Shown here piece by piece: positions 1 to 10,000 of a DNA stretch of 64,000 nt. A model generated the notes under the pieces. That model saw only the letters and a program-made list of their open reading frames with translations. It made no database searches and was not told the DNA's origin. Within the stretch, counting starts at the first letter, position 1. The number at the start of each line of letters is the position of its first letter. The position numbers and the translations under genes are program-made. The stretch covers positions 224,001-288,000 of the forward strand of contig CAWIIP010000002.1 in assembly GCA_963836235.1 (NCBI GenBank), given 5' to 3'. The stretch is from an uncultured Pseudomonadota bacterium. Lineage in GTDB: Bacteria > Oederibacteriota > Muellerivitia > Muellerivitales > Muellerivitaceae.

Positions 1-735
1 AATAGTCTTGTCGGCGTAATTTTCCATGCGCTTGAAGCGCACCGAGTATCCACCCGTGGGTTTCTGCCCCGTAAAGAAAACCACTAAATCGTTCTTGCTG
101 AAATCAACGGCGGGCGGATCCAGCCCTGGCTCCAAAAGACGCCAATAGAGGTTGTAATGATCCTCGTCGGAAATGATTTCGTCATATGAAAATGCCACAG
201 GGGCATTAGGCCCACCCCACTGCGGAAGCCCGGTTAAATCCAGCACCATATCGAGGGAAGGCGAAATGCCGAAAGCGTGAATTCCGTGCTGGGAAAGCCA
301 CCTCTTGGTGCCCTTGACATAGGTGTTATCACCCGCGTTTTGAATAAAGTGGGTCAAAAAAGCCAAGGCCACAAATAGAAGGAGGATACCGAGAATAGGC
401 TTAAAGGAAGAAGGTTTTCGGGATACATCAATTGGCGGCAAAGCCACCGTTTCTTTCGGGGGACGCTGCTTTTTCGGGACTATTTCCGTTTCTTTGGGAA
501 GAGATGGCTTAGGTGGTTTAAATAACCACCGTAAAATCTTCAAATCCCAAGGTTCGGAAGGCGGATTAGCCGAGACCGCCGGGGCCTTGACCGCACCACC
601 GCGTAAACGGTCCAACTCTTTACGGGCGGAAGCACAAAGATTTAAATGCCGGGCTACCATTCTGCGGTCCCGAGCGGAAAGGCTGTCGTTTAAATAGCCC
701 CGCAACAAAGGATGTAATTGTTCGCACTCGTTCAT
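1..735 (-). CDS. Partial CDS (runs off left edge): anti-sigma zf-HC2-like N-terminus, TM segment, PrcB C-terminal-like domain
   Basis: Not in the ORF track because it is open at the edge. Manual translation from ATG at 735 gives MNECEQLHPLLRGYLNDSLSARDRRMVARHLNLC..., a hydrophobic segment, then DFSKNDLVVFFTGQKPTGGYSVRFKRMENYADKTI (PrcB_C-like GQKPTGGYSV). Confidence 0.6.
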   Translation of the reverse strand, partial: MNECEQLHPLLRGYLNDSLSARDRRMVARHLNLCASARKELDRLRGGAVKAPAVSANPPSEPWDLKILRWLFKPPKPSLPKETEIVPKKQRPPKETVALPPIDVSRKPSSFKPILGILLLFVALAFLTHFIQNAGDNTYVKGTKRWLSQHGIHAFGISPSLDMVLDLTGLPQWGGPNAPVAFSYDEIISDEDHYNLYWRLLEPGLDPPAVDFSKNDLVVFFTGQKPTGGYSVRFKRMENYADKTI

Positions 736-946
736 TTCCAGCCTTATTCCAGGTAAAACTCTTTTAATGGCTTTTTCAAAAACTATAGTATCAAAAACCA
801 AGCATATCTTCACGGTTGATTCAATGGATTTCCAGTGAACCAAAGCTTCGTGCCCTCAGTCTGATCGGATAGGTCGTCTTGACTTTTCCTACCTCGGTGA
901 ATAACGTAGGCCGGTCGATTTTTAAAACATGATACATGGAGGAAAT

Positions 947-1549
947 ATGGGTGACGCGACTTGGACAGAGATATTGAATATCTTTTTCCGCTGGTTCCAC
1001 GTGGTTTTCGGAATTTTGTGGATTGGCTTGTTGTATTTCTTTAATTTCGTGAACGGTCCTTTCAGTAAAACCCTGGATGCCGACTCCAAAAAGAAGGTAG
1101 TTCCGGAACTCATGCCTAGGGCCCTTTTCTTTTTTCGTTGGGGCGCCATGCTCACCTTTTTGATTGGCCTGGTCCTTCTTTATATCAATTACCTGATGCC
1201 CGGCCATGAAGCCGACTTCGACAGTGCTCGGGGGCATTGGATTATGTTGGGAGCAGGTTTCGGGCTTGTAATGTGGTTCAACGTCTGGTTCATTATTTGG
1301 CCGGCGCAAAAAAAAATCATCAATGGTATCAAGACAGGTAATCCCGCCCCGCCGGAATTGGCGCCTCGGGCAGCCCTAGCCTCCAAAGTGAACACTTACC
1401 TTTCCTTCCCCTTGGTTTTCGCCATGTTGGCCGCGGGAAAGCATTTCATCCACGACGAGTGGTACTGGTACGTGGGAGTCATCGCGATCGGTTTTTTCTC
1501 CGCTAATGGTCTCTATAGGCGGGCTTCCAAGGTTTCTACGGAAGTTTAA
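947..1549 (+). CDS. Urate hydroxylase PuuD-family (DUF989) membrane protein
   Basis: RWFHVVFGILWIGLLYFFNFV, FRWGAMLT and MWFNVWFIIWPAQKK motifs. GGAGG lies upstream of ATG 947 (ORF track starts at 929). Confidence 0.75.
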   Translation: MGDATWTEILNIFFRWFHVVFGILWIGLLYFFNFVNGPFSKTLDADSKKKVVPELMPRALFFFRWGAMLTFLIGLVLLYINYLMPGHEADFDSARGHWIMLGAGFGLVMWFNVWFIIWPAQKKIINGIKTGNPAPPELAPRAALASKVNTYLSFPLVFAMLAAGKHFIHDEWYWYVGVIAIGFFSANGLYRRASKVSTEV

Positions 1550-1572
1550 TCCTTAAAAGTCGGATTAAAAAC

Positions 1573-1604
1573 AAAAAGGCCCTGGCAGATCCAGGGCCTT
1601 TTTT
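1573..1604. terminator. Bidirectional rho-independent terminator
   Basis: aaaaaggccctgg-cagat-ccagggcctttttt between convergent genes. Confidence 0.85.
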
Positions 1605-1624
1605 ATTGTCCCGCTTTTGAAACT

Positions 1625-2176
1625 TTAGTTGGTAATAGGGTGTCCGGAGGTATTTCCCAGAATTTCGGGATTAAAATCCACCTTATGTTCGAGGAAGTTT
1701 TTGAGATAAGTTCGCCTGATTGTTTTGAAAAACTTCTCTAACTCCGGATCGGCGTGATTGGATTCCATGGCCAAAAGATTGAGCGCAATGGCAAAGGCGG
1801 TTTCCACGTGTTCATGGCGAAATTCCAAGCTCTTTGTTACAAAATCGTTATAGCGTTTAATGCCCTGCTTGTAAATGTCCATAGCCTTTTGATTATCCTG
1901 GCCTTGGTAAAACTTCCCCATTAGGTAAAAGATCTCAAGATCAAGAACATCCGAATGTACAATGTTCTCGAATTGGTTGACGGCTTCGACAACGTGGAAT
2001 TTAGAAGTGGAATCCTGAAAATAGCTATTGAGGCAGTATTTGGCGAAGCGGGCCCTAAGGTAATGGTCTTGGGGGTTCCGGCGGAGGGCATCCTTGTAGC
2101 GCTTAAACTCCACTAATTGAACAAGTTTTTTAAGAAGATTGAGGAATGGGGAAGCGATACTCGCTAGGAAACTCAT
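1625..2176 (-). CDS. Hypothetical helical/TPR-like protein
   Basis: 183 aa ORF with TPR-like segments (YLMGKFYQG...AMDIYKQGI). Confidence 0.55.
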   Translation of the reverse strand: MSFLASIASPFLNLLKKLVQLVEFKRYKDALRRNPQDHYLRARFAKYCLNSYFQDSTSKFHVVEAVNQFENIVHSDVLDLEIFYLMGKFYQGQDNQKAMDIYKQGIKRYNDFVTKSLEFRHEHVETAFAIALNLLAMESNHADPELEKFFKTIRRTYLKNFLEHKVDFNPEILGNTSGHPITN

Positions 2177-2334
2177 AGTAATAAAAGTTTATCACCGGTC
2201 TTAAAAGCTTGTCAAAGTTAAAGGCGATAAATAGTGAAAATCGATCTTATATTGTTAGCAACATTTTCGACCGGTTTTGCCGATTTCATTATTTTTTATA
2301 AGCTTGTCAAAAGGATCAATGGAGAAAAATCGTC

Positions 2335-2802
2335 TTACAAATTTTCATCCGCGGCGGACCCTTCTTTTCCTTGAAGGGATTTCAGCATATCGACCTGTTG
2401 AGGCGTAAGGATTTTTTTCTCCAGCTCTAATTTGGCTTTTACCTGAACCCCCAACCTTTGGCCTTTTAATTCTCCAATATTCTGAACAATTAAATCCAGT
2501 TTCGCCTGATCCGGATCCGGTTTTTCAAGTTCATTTTCTAAATCCACTTCTTTGACTTTTAATTGACCATCCAAGACCGCTATGGACTTGCGGTAAGCGG
2601 CCCGGTGTTGCTGGAGTAATTTGTGCTGGTCATCCGTCAATTGGAGGCGCTTGATAATTTCACGGCGAGTCAGATGGGTGGATTGGATTTCCGTGGGCTT
2701 GGCTTTGGGCGAATTATCCACAACCGGCTGCGAATAAGAAAACCGACCGCACAGTATGACCAAAAAACTAACCATCACCGCTATGACGTATTTGCTTTTC
2801 AT
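2335..2802 (-). CDS. Spy/CpxP/ZraP-family periplasmic protein
   Basis: Signal peptide, LQLTDDQ near the N-terminus and ILTPQQ near the C-terminus (LTxxQ motifs). Confidence 0.8.
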   Translation of the reverse strand: MKSKYVIAVMVSFLVILCGRFSYSQPVVDNSPKAKPTEIQSTHLTRREIIKRLQLTDDQHKLLQQHRAAYRKSIAVLDGQLKVKEVDLENELEKPDPDQAKLDLIVQNIGELKGQRLGVQVKAKLELEKKILTPQQVDMLKSLQGKEGSAADENL

Positions 2803-2820
2803 GCTTCCCCCAAGCCTGGC

Positions 2821-3258
2821 TTAAAGGAGAATTTCATCCCCAGCCAGGACATCTGAATGATCGTCATCATTGGTTAAAAGATCGGCGGTTGAAGTCGATG
2901 GCTCGCTGAGAAGAACGGATACATTGACCAGCCCCGAATCACGAGTCACGTTAGCCCCAGCATTCGAAACCGACATCATGTAAGAAACCATGTCGTTCTT
3001 ATCGTTGGTATCGAGATGATAAAAGGTTCCAGTGAAGCCGATACATAAACAAGCCGCCATGGCGACCCACCGCACCGGATGGCTCCAGGGCCTCCAGATA
3101 ATATGGCTCCAAAAATGCTTTTTCGGAACCGCCAAGCGATCCTCTATCTTAAACCACACCCGGTCGAAAACGACTTCTTCCGGTGCGGCCTTGGCCATCT
3201 TTTTCAAGGTCTTTGTAATGTCTTCGTCTTTCCAAACGCTCTTCATGGTCCACCCCAT
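2821..3258 (-). CDS. Putative single-TM anti-sigma factor
   Basis: Immediately downstream of the ECF sigma. Soluble N-terminus followed by one TM helix (WVAMAACLCIGFTGTF). Confidence 0.6.
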   Translation of the reverse strand: MGWTMKSVWKDEDITKTLKKMAKAAPEEVVFDRVWFKIEDRLAVPKKHFWSHIIWRPWSHPVRWVAMAACLCIGFTGTFYHLDTNDKNDMVSYMMSVSNAGANVTRDSGLVNVSVLLSEPSTSTADLLTNDDDHSDVLAGDEILL

Positions 3259-3264
3259 ATTTCT

Positions 3265-3813
3265 CTACACATCTTCGTGCGACAGCCCTTCTTTTTCCAG
3301 AGTTTCTTTTAAAAAAGCCTTGGCCCGATGGATATTTGATTTTACCGACCCCAGAGAAAGCTGAAGAGCCGACGCAATATCCTCATAACTCAACTCATCC
3401 ATTTCCCTCATCAAAAGGCAGGCCTTTTGTTTTTCAGGAAGCTTTTCCAGCGCCTTGGCAATCACCGGGCTCAACCCTAAGTTAACCGCTTTTTCGCTGT
3501 CCTTCTTATCCTGCGCTTCCGGGGCGTTCTCAAAACCCAGGAAAGTTAAAATTTTTCGCCGCCTTAAAAGATCGAGGCAGTGGTTTGTGGTCATCCGGTA
3601 AAGCCACGTGCTAAAAGCCGAATCACCCCGGTAATTTTTAATGCGGTCAAAAACCTTGAGGAATACTTCCTGTAAGGCGTCTTCCCCATCCTGCGGCGTG
3701 CCCAACATGCGCCAAGACAAGTTGTAAACTTTTTTCCGGTGCATTTCATACAAAACATGAAGACCGGCAATGTCCCCCGCTTGGCAACTTTGAATGGCTT
3801 CAAGTTCTGTCAT
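3265..3813 (-). CDS. ECF RNA polymerase sigma-70 factor
   Basis: Region 2 (DALQEVFLK, FSTWLYRMTTNHCLD) and region 4 (LSYEDIASALQLSLGSVKSNIHRAK). Confidence 0.93.
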   Translation of the reverse strand: MTELEAIQSCQAGDIAGLHVLYEMHRKKVYNLSWRMLGTPQDGEDALQEVFLKVFDRIKNYRGDSAFSTWLYRMTTNHCLDLLRRRKILTFLGFENAPEAQDKKDSEKAVNLGLSPVIAKALEKLPEKQKACLLMREMDELSYEDIASALQLSLGSVKSNIHRAKAFLKETLEKEGLSHEDV

Positions 3814-3839
3814 TCGCCACCTGGCTTACCTAGTTTTAT

Positions 3840-3866
3840 GACGCTTCACCACTAGGAATAGTTGCA
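3840..3866 (-). promoter_or_regulatory. Putative autoregulatory ECF-sigma promoter
   Basis: Minus strand TGCAAC-N17-CGTC just upstream of the sigma start, similar to SigW/SigM-type TGAAAC-N16/17-CGTN. Confidence 0.55.
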
Positions 3867-3981
3867 GGAATGCATGTCAAACAACAATTTTTGGGGGCCA
3901 TTGGTACCAAAGACAAATATTTCGGCAGGAATAGAGAAGGAGCCGCTTCCAACGTTTTCAGGGACTCTTTCCGACCAGATT

Positions 3982-5460
3982 TCACGAATTTTCAAGGAAA
4001 GTCAGCAGGCTTCTAACCATTAATCCTGTTCCACCATAGGTAAGATAAGGAACGGCTGGGTATTCCCTTTCAAGATAGGCTGGACCGGCAATATCCAGAT
4101 GAACCCAAGGCGTATCACCCACAAATTCCTGTAAAAATAACCCACCGATGATGCTGCCCGCCTCCCGGCCTCCGCCAATATTCTTAATATCAGCCACTTT
4201 GCTCTTAATGTCATCTCTGTATTCATTGACTAATGGCAGTTCCCAAATACGCTCTCCCTCGATTTCCGTAGCTTCCTTTACCTGTCCCATGAGCTTTTCA
4301 TCATTCCCCATGGCGCCTGAGACCAACGAGCCTAAAGCAACCACACAGGCCCCTGTAAGGGTAGCCATATCAATAATTTGGTCCACTTTTTGTTGAACGG
4401 CATATGAAAGGGCATCGGATAGGATAAGTCGACCCTCCGCATCAGTATTAAGAACTTCCATGGTTTTTCCGTTTATCGCCTTCAGAACATCGCCCGGCTT
4501 ATAGGCCCTTCCACCAGGCATATTTTCGGTGGTAGCGATAATACCGTGTACTTCGATCTTGGGCTTGGACTTCGCCAATTGGCTGAAGACACCCAAGACT
4601 GCCGCCGCCCCCGACATGTCCATTTTCATCGTTTCCATCGAGCCCGCGGGTTTTAAGGACAATCCGCCGGAATCAAAGGTAATTCCCTTTCCCACAATGG
4701 CTACGGATTTTTTTGGCTTTCCCGTAGGCTTGTAATGCAAATGAATCAGATATGGTTCTAGGGCGCTTCCAATATTGACACCCAAAATACCACCCGCACC
4801 CATACGTTTGAGGTCTTTCTTGGTATAGAGCTTCAACTTAACGGGACCCTTTGCTATTTTTTGGGCCGTATCCGCCAAAACTTTAGGGGTAACGTCACTG
4901 GGAGCCCCATTGATCAAATCCCGAGCCAAAATAACTCCCTCAGAATAACTCTCAGCAGTTTTAAGGGAGCTTTTAACCATGCCCAAAACATCGGAAGGCA
5001 CTTTAAAAATGAACTTTCCAATACCTTTCGGGGTATCTTTCAATTGGGTCTTATAGCGATTGAATTGGTAGGACCCCAATAGCAAACCTACGGCAAAAGC
5101 CTTAAGTAATTCGTCATTTAAAGACCGTGGCCATTCAATGGCGGCATCCTCGGCACGAATTTCTCGGGCTTTTCGGCCAAGCCTCCCCCCCGCCCTTCGC
5201 AATGTTTCCGCTGTCACGCCTTGTTTATTTCCCAAGCCTAATGCAATCACTTTTCCGGCCAAAAGCCCTTCAGATGGATGAGCAACGGCCGCTTGGCCTT
5301 CTTTTCCCGTGAAGCCTTCATCTGTCATTGTTTTTCGTATAGTCTCTCCCCACTTACCCGGTGCATTTATAAAACCATCTTCTTTTTCATAGGCCAAAAG
5401 CACCCAGACTTTAGGGAGTTGGCCTCGAACGGAATTGGAAACTGCGGAAAATTGGATCAC
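3982..5460 (-). CDS. pepA: Leucyl aminopeptidase (M17)
   Basis: VGKGITFDSGG, MKMDMSGAA and NTDAEGRL signatures. Confidence 0.95.
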   Translation of the reverse strand: MIQFSAVSNSVRGQLPKVWVLLAYEKEDGFINAPGKWGETIRKTMTDEGFTGKEGQAAVAHPSEGLLAGKVIALGLGNKQGVTAETLRRAGGRLGRKAREIRAEDAAIEWPRSLNDELLKAFAVGLLLGSYQFNRYKTQLKDTPKGIGKFIFKVPSDVLGMVKSSLKTAESYSEGVILARDLINGAPSDVTPKVLADTAQKIAKGPVKLKLYTKKDLKRMGAGGILGVNIGSALEPYLIHLHYKPTGKPKKSVAIVGKGITFDSGGLSLKPAGSMETMKMDMSGAAAVLGVFSQLAKSKPKIEVHGIIATTENMPGGRAYKPGDVLKAINGKTMEVLNTDAEGRLILSDALSYAVQQKVDQIIDMATLTGACVVALGSLVSGAMGNDEKLMGQVKEATEIEGERIWELPLVNEYRDDIKSKVADIKNIGGGREAGSIIGGLFLQEFVGDTPWVHLDIAGPAYLEREYPAVPYLTYGGTGLMVRSLLTFLENS

Positions 5461-5552
5461 AAAAGCCTCCAGAACTTAATCAGAGATAGCAAATGAGAGT
5501 TTATTTTATCCAAGTAGAGGGAAAAGATACAGGGAAACGCCGTAACAAATGA

Positions 5553-6180
5553 CTATCCGGCCAGTTGATCATAAAGCTTTTGCTGTCGTAGCCTTTTCTT
5601 AATCAATCGAAGAGCCCTTTCCAACTTTTCCTTATTTCCGGGAAGGTAAGGCCAGGGACTTGCGCCGGAGGGATGCGGAATGGGGATAACCCATGCGGAA
5701 CCACCCGGAAGATCCTGTTTGAATTCTTTTCCAATAACCTCTGAAAATTTGTGGGGCCCCAATATACGTTCAATAGCCATCCCACCGATCAACACCACAA
5801 CTGAAGGGCTTAATAAACGCAGGGACTCATCAAGATAGGGCGAACAATTTGCGATTTCGTCGGGATTAGGCTTACGATCCCCCTTCCCGTGAGAAGCCTT
5901 GCCCGGATAGCAGCGCGTTACAGCGGTAATGTAAGCAAACTGCCGGATCTTTTCCTCGGGCATACCTAAGCTCAAGAACCACTGAAAAAGCCTTTTTCCA
6001 GCGGTCCAAGCGAAGTTCTTTTGGGCGGCAGGCTCCCGGACACCCGGTGCCTGACCGATCAAAAACAATCCACCTTTCTTGGCTCTTCCTGTTCCAGGAA
6101 CAGGGCAATTTCCGCCTTTTGAAAAACACTTAGAACAATGACGTATGGTTTGATGGAGTTGATTAAGGTTTTTCTCCAAC
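5553..6180 (-). CDS. Uracil-DNA glycosylase superfamily protein (Fe-S type)
   Basis: CSKC...CPVPG, IGQAPG, VTRCYP, EIANC and HPSGAS motifs. The ORF-track extension to 6332 overlaps the upstream gene, so the start is approximate. Confidence 0.8.
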
Positions 6181-6225
6181 AATGAATTGGAGTTACTTAG
6201 AATCCCCGTTGTCGCCACCATCGCC

Positions 6226-7287
6226 CTAATTTTTGTCGTCCTTGGCATCGCCAGCCTTATCACTATCCGAGGTGGAATCATCTTTCGACGAATCGTCCTT
6301 AACCGAATAAGCTTTCGCGGCATCAGGATCAACTTCCTTCAGCTCATCCAATGCCATTTCCATATTTTCATGATGGTAAGAAGCGTCAATGGAATTCATT
6401 TTATAAAACGCATCAACCGATTTTTTCAGCTCTTCTCCCTTTCCTTTACCCGAATCGTAGATGGACCAATAACTGAGACCGAGGCTGTTAAGGAAGACCT
6501 TCAATTCTTTATCACTCGGTTTATACCCCACAGCTTGCTCAAATTTGGCCGCAGCTTCGCCAGGATGGTGAAAATCCAAAAGCAATTTTCCTTGGCGGTT
6601 TGCCGCGGTGCCCTTTGCGTCAGCTGAAACAGCAACCGATTCCGCCTGTTTAAAAGCCTTCATCGCTTTGTCAAATTCGCCTTCAGATTGAAGCTTATCG
6701 CCATAAGAACAAAGTTCTTTAAATTTCATTTTCGAGATATCTTGCGGAGGTTCCGGTGTGATTTGGGCATATCCTTCTTCACGGCTTAAGTCACCCTTAG
6801 CTCTGTCTAATAATTCTTGATCGTCACCGCTAGCCTCAAGATTTTTTATTGAATCTTTCAGGGCCGACACATCCGATAGGCCATATTCATAACTACGGTA
6901 GGAAACAACCCCGAGATTCTTGAGCGCCACCTTATTGTCCCCATTTTCTTCCACGGCACGGCTAAAGGCCTTTGTGGCATCTTCCAACTTCTTAGCTTTC
7001 CAATAGGCCCATCCCTGGGCATTCGCGGCTTGACTCTTCCCTTTATCGCTTGAGGCCAAATTTTCTGCGGCGTCATAGTCGGCGGCGGACTCGTCAAGTT
7101 TACGGTCTTTTAAAGATTGGTTACCGGCCGCATAAGCTTCTTTAAATGTCTTGAACTCGGGAGAAGCGCTCGAGTTTGAAGCGGCAACAACAGTCGGATT
7201 TGATTCCGGAGCGGCCGCACCTTGAGCCGAAACAATCATTGGGAATCCAAAAACGATCAATAACCAAGCAAAACGATATTTACGCAT
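6226..7287 (-). CDS. Secreted TPR protein
   Basis: Signal peptide MRKYRFAWLLIVFGFPMIVSAQ with GGAGG upstream, plus several TPR-like repeats. Confidence 0.75.
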   Translation of the reverse strand: MRKYRFAWLLIVFGFPMIVSAQGAAAPESNPTVVAASNSSASPEFKTFKEAYAAGNQSLKDRKLDESAADYDAAENLASSDKGKSQAANAQGWAYWKAKKLEDATKAFSRAVEENGDNKVALKNLGVVSYRSYEYGLSDVSALKDSIKNLEASGDDQELLDRAKGDLSREEGYAQITPEPPQDISKMKFKELCSYGDKLQSEGEFDKAMKAFKQAESVAVSADAKGTAANRQGKLLLDFHHPGEAAAKFEQAVGYKPSDKELKVFLNSLGLSYWSIYDSGKGKGEELKKSVDAFYKMNSIDASYHHENMEMALDELKEVDPDAAKAYSVKDDSSKDDSTSDSDKAGDAKDDKN

Positions 7288-7472
7288 GCTTCCCTCCTGA
7301 ATAAGTTTCTGGGTTGCGACTATATTACTTCGCGCGGGAGACTCCACCAAACAATTCTAAAAAGAGAAATCTATTTGATATTGCCACACCGGAGATTTCC
7401 TTTGTTTTATACGATAAAATGTATTATTTTCAGTCTCGATTCCGAATTCTACCGCCAAAAAAAGGAAGGTAA

Positions 7473-8510
7473 ATGTTAAGCAAAAAAGTAATGTGGTTCG
7501 GATTCAGTGTCATGGCGGCGATGTTCTTTTTGCTCCTAAGAAATATTGATTGGAATGACCTTTGGTCGGCCTTCGCAAAATTTAAGGCTTTTTGGATTAT
7601 TCCTGCCCTTATTGTCTACATGTTGGGCTATGTCATCCGTGGATTCCGCTGGGAAATCCTGCTTTCGCCTATCAAAAAATGTCATTTTCAAAGCCTCTTT
7701 CCTACTTTAGTTATTGGATTCATGGCCAATAACCTTTTACCAGCCAGAGCCGGGGAATTTGTTAGGGCTTACTTAAACGGTACCAAAGAGAAAATTAGCC
7801 GAAGCGCTTCCCTCGCTACCATAGTTTTAGAACGTATCTTTGACGGCCTAACGATGATAATTATGCTTTGGGCCGCGCTAACTTTCGGTAATCTTCCGAT
7901 TCGCGAGGAAAACATGCCGACGGGAATCCAACATGCTATACAAGCCTGCCCCTATGTTTTTGGAGCCGCCTTTTTGTTCATTTTCCTTCTTCTTTTATTC
8001 AAGAATACCGCTGTTAGGATTATCAATTTTTTTACTGGTCACGCCCCTTCTCGATTAAGAAAACCTCTGAATAAAATCGCCCATACCTTTTTTGATGGAC
8101 TCAAAATCCTTCAAAACGCTAAGGAATCCTTCCTTGTGCTCGCCACCTCTATCGCTGCTTGGACTTGCGAGTTTTCGGGCTATTATCTTTTAGGTATCGG
8201 GATGGGTATTGCGCCGAGTCCCATTTCCTTCTGGTCGGCAGCTTTATTAATGGCGATCGTCAATTTGGCGATCCTTATTCCAAACGCTCCCGGCGGCTTT
8301 GGTTTGTTTGAATACGTCGGCGTGCTTCTCTTAATGCCATTCGGAATATCTAAAGAATTGGCTCTGGGTTATATGCTTGTTGTACACTTTGTGGTTTGGA
8401 TACCCATCAACTTGCTGGGGCTTTATTATATGGGCCGGGAACACCTGAGTTTGGAAAAGCTGGAAAAAAGCCGGGAATCGGGTTCATCAAACAAAAGGAA
8501 ACAATCATGA
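7473..8510 (+). CDS. Lysylphosphatidylglycerol synthase TM-domain / flippase-like protein
   Basis: GFMANNLLPARAGE, ERIFD and PNAPGGFGLFE motifs; multi-TM. Confidence 0.85.
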   Translation: MLSKKVMWFGFSVMAAMFFLLLRNIDWNDLWSAFAKFKAFWIIPALIVYMLGYVIRGFRWEILLSPIKKCHFQSLFPTLVIGFMANNLLPARAGEFVRAYLNGTKEKISRSASLATIVLERIFDGLTMIIMLWAALTFGNLPIREENMPTGIQHAIQACPYVFGAAFLFIFLLLLFKNTAVRIINFFTGHAPSRLRKPLNKIAHTFFDGLKILQNAKESFLVLATSIAAWTCEFSGYYLLGIGMGIAPSPISFWSAALLMAIVNLAILIPNAPGGFGLFEYVGVLLLMPFGISKELALGYMLVVHFVVWIPINLLGLYYMGREHLSLEKLEKSRESGSSNKRKQS

Positions 8511-9826
8511 AAATCGGCATTGTCGGAGCCGGTGTAGCGGGTCTTACTGCCGCCTATCGATTGGCTAAGCAAGGCCACGAAATTGATATTTTTGAGGCTT
8601 CCGACCATGTGGGTGGCCTAGCGTCTGGATTTCCAGTAGCTGGCACTACTCTTGAAAAGTATTATCACCATCTTTTCACAAGTGATATCTGCATTCGTGG
8701 CCTAGTGGACGAACTGGGAATGCGGGATAAGCTCCATTGGTTCACGAGTTCTATGGGCGTTTACCACAAGGGCGCCATGTATTCCCTTGCGTCACCCAAA
8801 GACCTTCTTTATTTCAAGCCTCTTCCCTTTTGGGAAAGGATCTGGTTTGGGTTCCAATCGGTTTTTTATTTGGGAAAGGTAAAAAATTGGAAAAAGTTTG
8901 AAGCCATTACCGCGCATGATTGGATGAGAAAATATTCCGGACCGAATATCTGGAAAGTCATGTGGGAACCCCTTTTGAAAGGAAAATTCGGCCAGTATTA
9001 CGATAAAGTCGCTATGGCTTGGCTTTGGGCCCGTATCCATACCCGTGCGTCATCCCGTAAAGGCTCAAAAGAAACTCTCGGATATTTCCAAGGCGGTTTT
9101 GAGGCCTTCCACAAAAACCTGGCCGAAGCCGTTCAAAAGGCGGGTGTCAAAATACAGGTAAACACCCCGATCAACCGAATTTCAACCCGGGATGGGAAAC
9201 TGACGGGACTTGAAATTTCGGGCAAAGAAAAAACCTATGATCGTGTGATTTTTGCCGCAGCCACGCCTATTTTTCTTAAAACTTGCCTCGAACTACCCGA
9301 GGCCTATAAAAAACAAATGACCCAACTGGAGTTTATGGGAGCGCAATGCTTAGTCTTGGTGATGAAACAGAAATTCAGTGATATCTATTGGACGAACATT
9401 TGTGATTCGGAAATTCCTATCTTGGGGCTGTTTGAACATACTAATTTTGCTCCTTCCGATTGGTATCAAGGCAAACACATTTTATATGTCGGCAACTATC
9501 TCCCTCGGGATCATCGATATTTCAAAATGAAAAAAGAGGAAATTTTTGACGATTTATTGCCCCACTTAAAAAAGATCAATCCTCAATTCGACCCTTCCTG
9601 GCTGGAAGAGTTTTATTTATTTCAAGATCTTTACGCTCAACCTGTTATTCCCCTTCACTACAGTGAAGTGAAGCCAGGATATGAAACCCCCATTGAAAAT
9701 GTCTATTTGGCCAACATGGCTTTGGTTTACCCCGAGGACCGCGGCACCAATTTCGCGGTCGACGTGGGTAACAAGGTGGCCCTGCTGGTTGACCATACCG
9801 TTTCAATCCCGGCTTTTAAGGAATAA
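8507..9826 (+). CDS. FAD-dependent oxidoreductase (amine oxidase/HemY-like)
   Basis: MKIGIVGAGVAGLTAAYRL Rossmann motif, GGLA, YYHH and YPEDRG. ATGA overlap with the upstream stop. Confidence 0.85.
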   Translation: MKIGIVGAGVAGLTAAYRLAKQGHEIDIFEASDHVGGLASGFPVAGTTLEKYYHHLFTSDICIRGLVDELGMRDKLHWFTSSMGVYHKGAMYSLASPKDLLYFKPLPFWERIWFGFQSVFYLGKVKNWKKFEAITAHDWMRKYSGPNIWKVMWEPLLKGKFGQYYDKVAMAWLWARIHTRASSRKGSKETLGYFQGGFEAFHKNLAEAVQKAGVKIQVNTPINRISTRDGKLTGLEISGKEKTYDRVIFAAATPIFLKTCLELPEAYKKQMTQLEFMGAQCLVLVMKQKFSDIYWTNICDSEIPILGLFEHTNFAPSDWYQGKHILYVGNYLPRDHRYFKMKKEEIFDDLLPHLKKINPQFDPSWLEEFYLFQDLYAQPVIPLHYSEVKPGYETPIENVYLANMALVYPEDRGTNFAVDVGNKVALLVDHTVSIPAFKE

Positions 9827-10000
9827 TTTAGATCACGAAGAGGAAAACCAGAAACAACTGTCCAGCGTCCCCACCAACCTATCCAGAATTAACCTTTTGC
9901 CTAACACCCTTTGTGGTAATATTTTCCGACGTTGATCCTTACTTGAATGCAGCAACTTTCCCCGCGCCTCTGCGGCGAAAAGACTCTTAAAGGAGTTTCC

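Noticed and set aside
6181-6332. Long N-terminal extension of the UDG ORF
   Set aside because: Overlaps the 3' end of the upstream TPR gene in another frame and has no family similarity.
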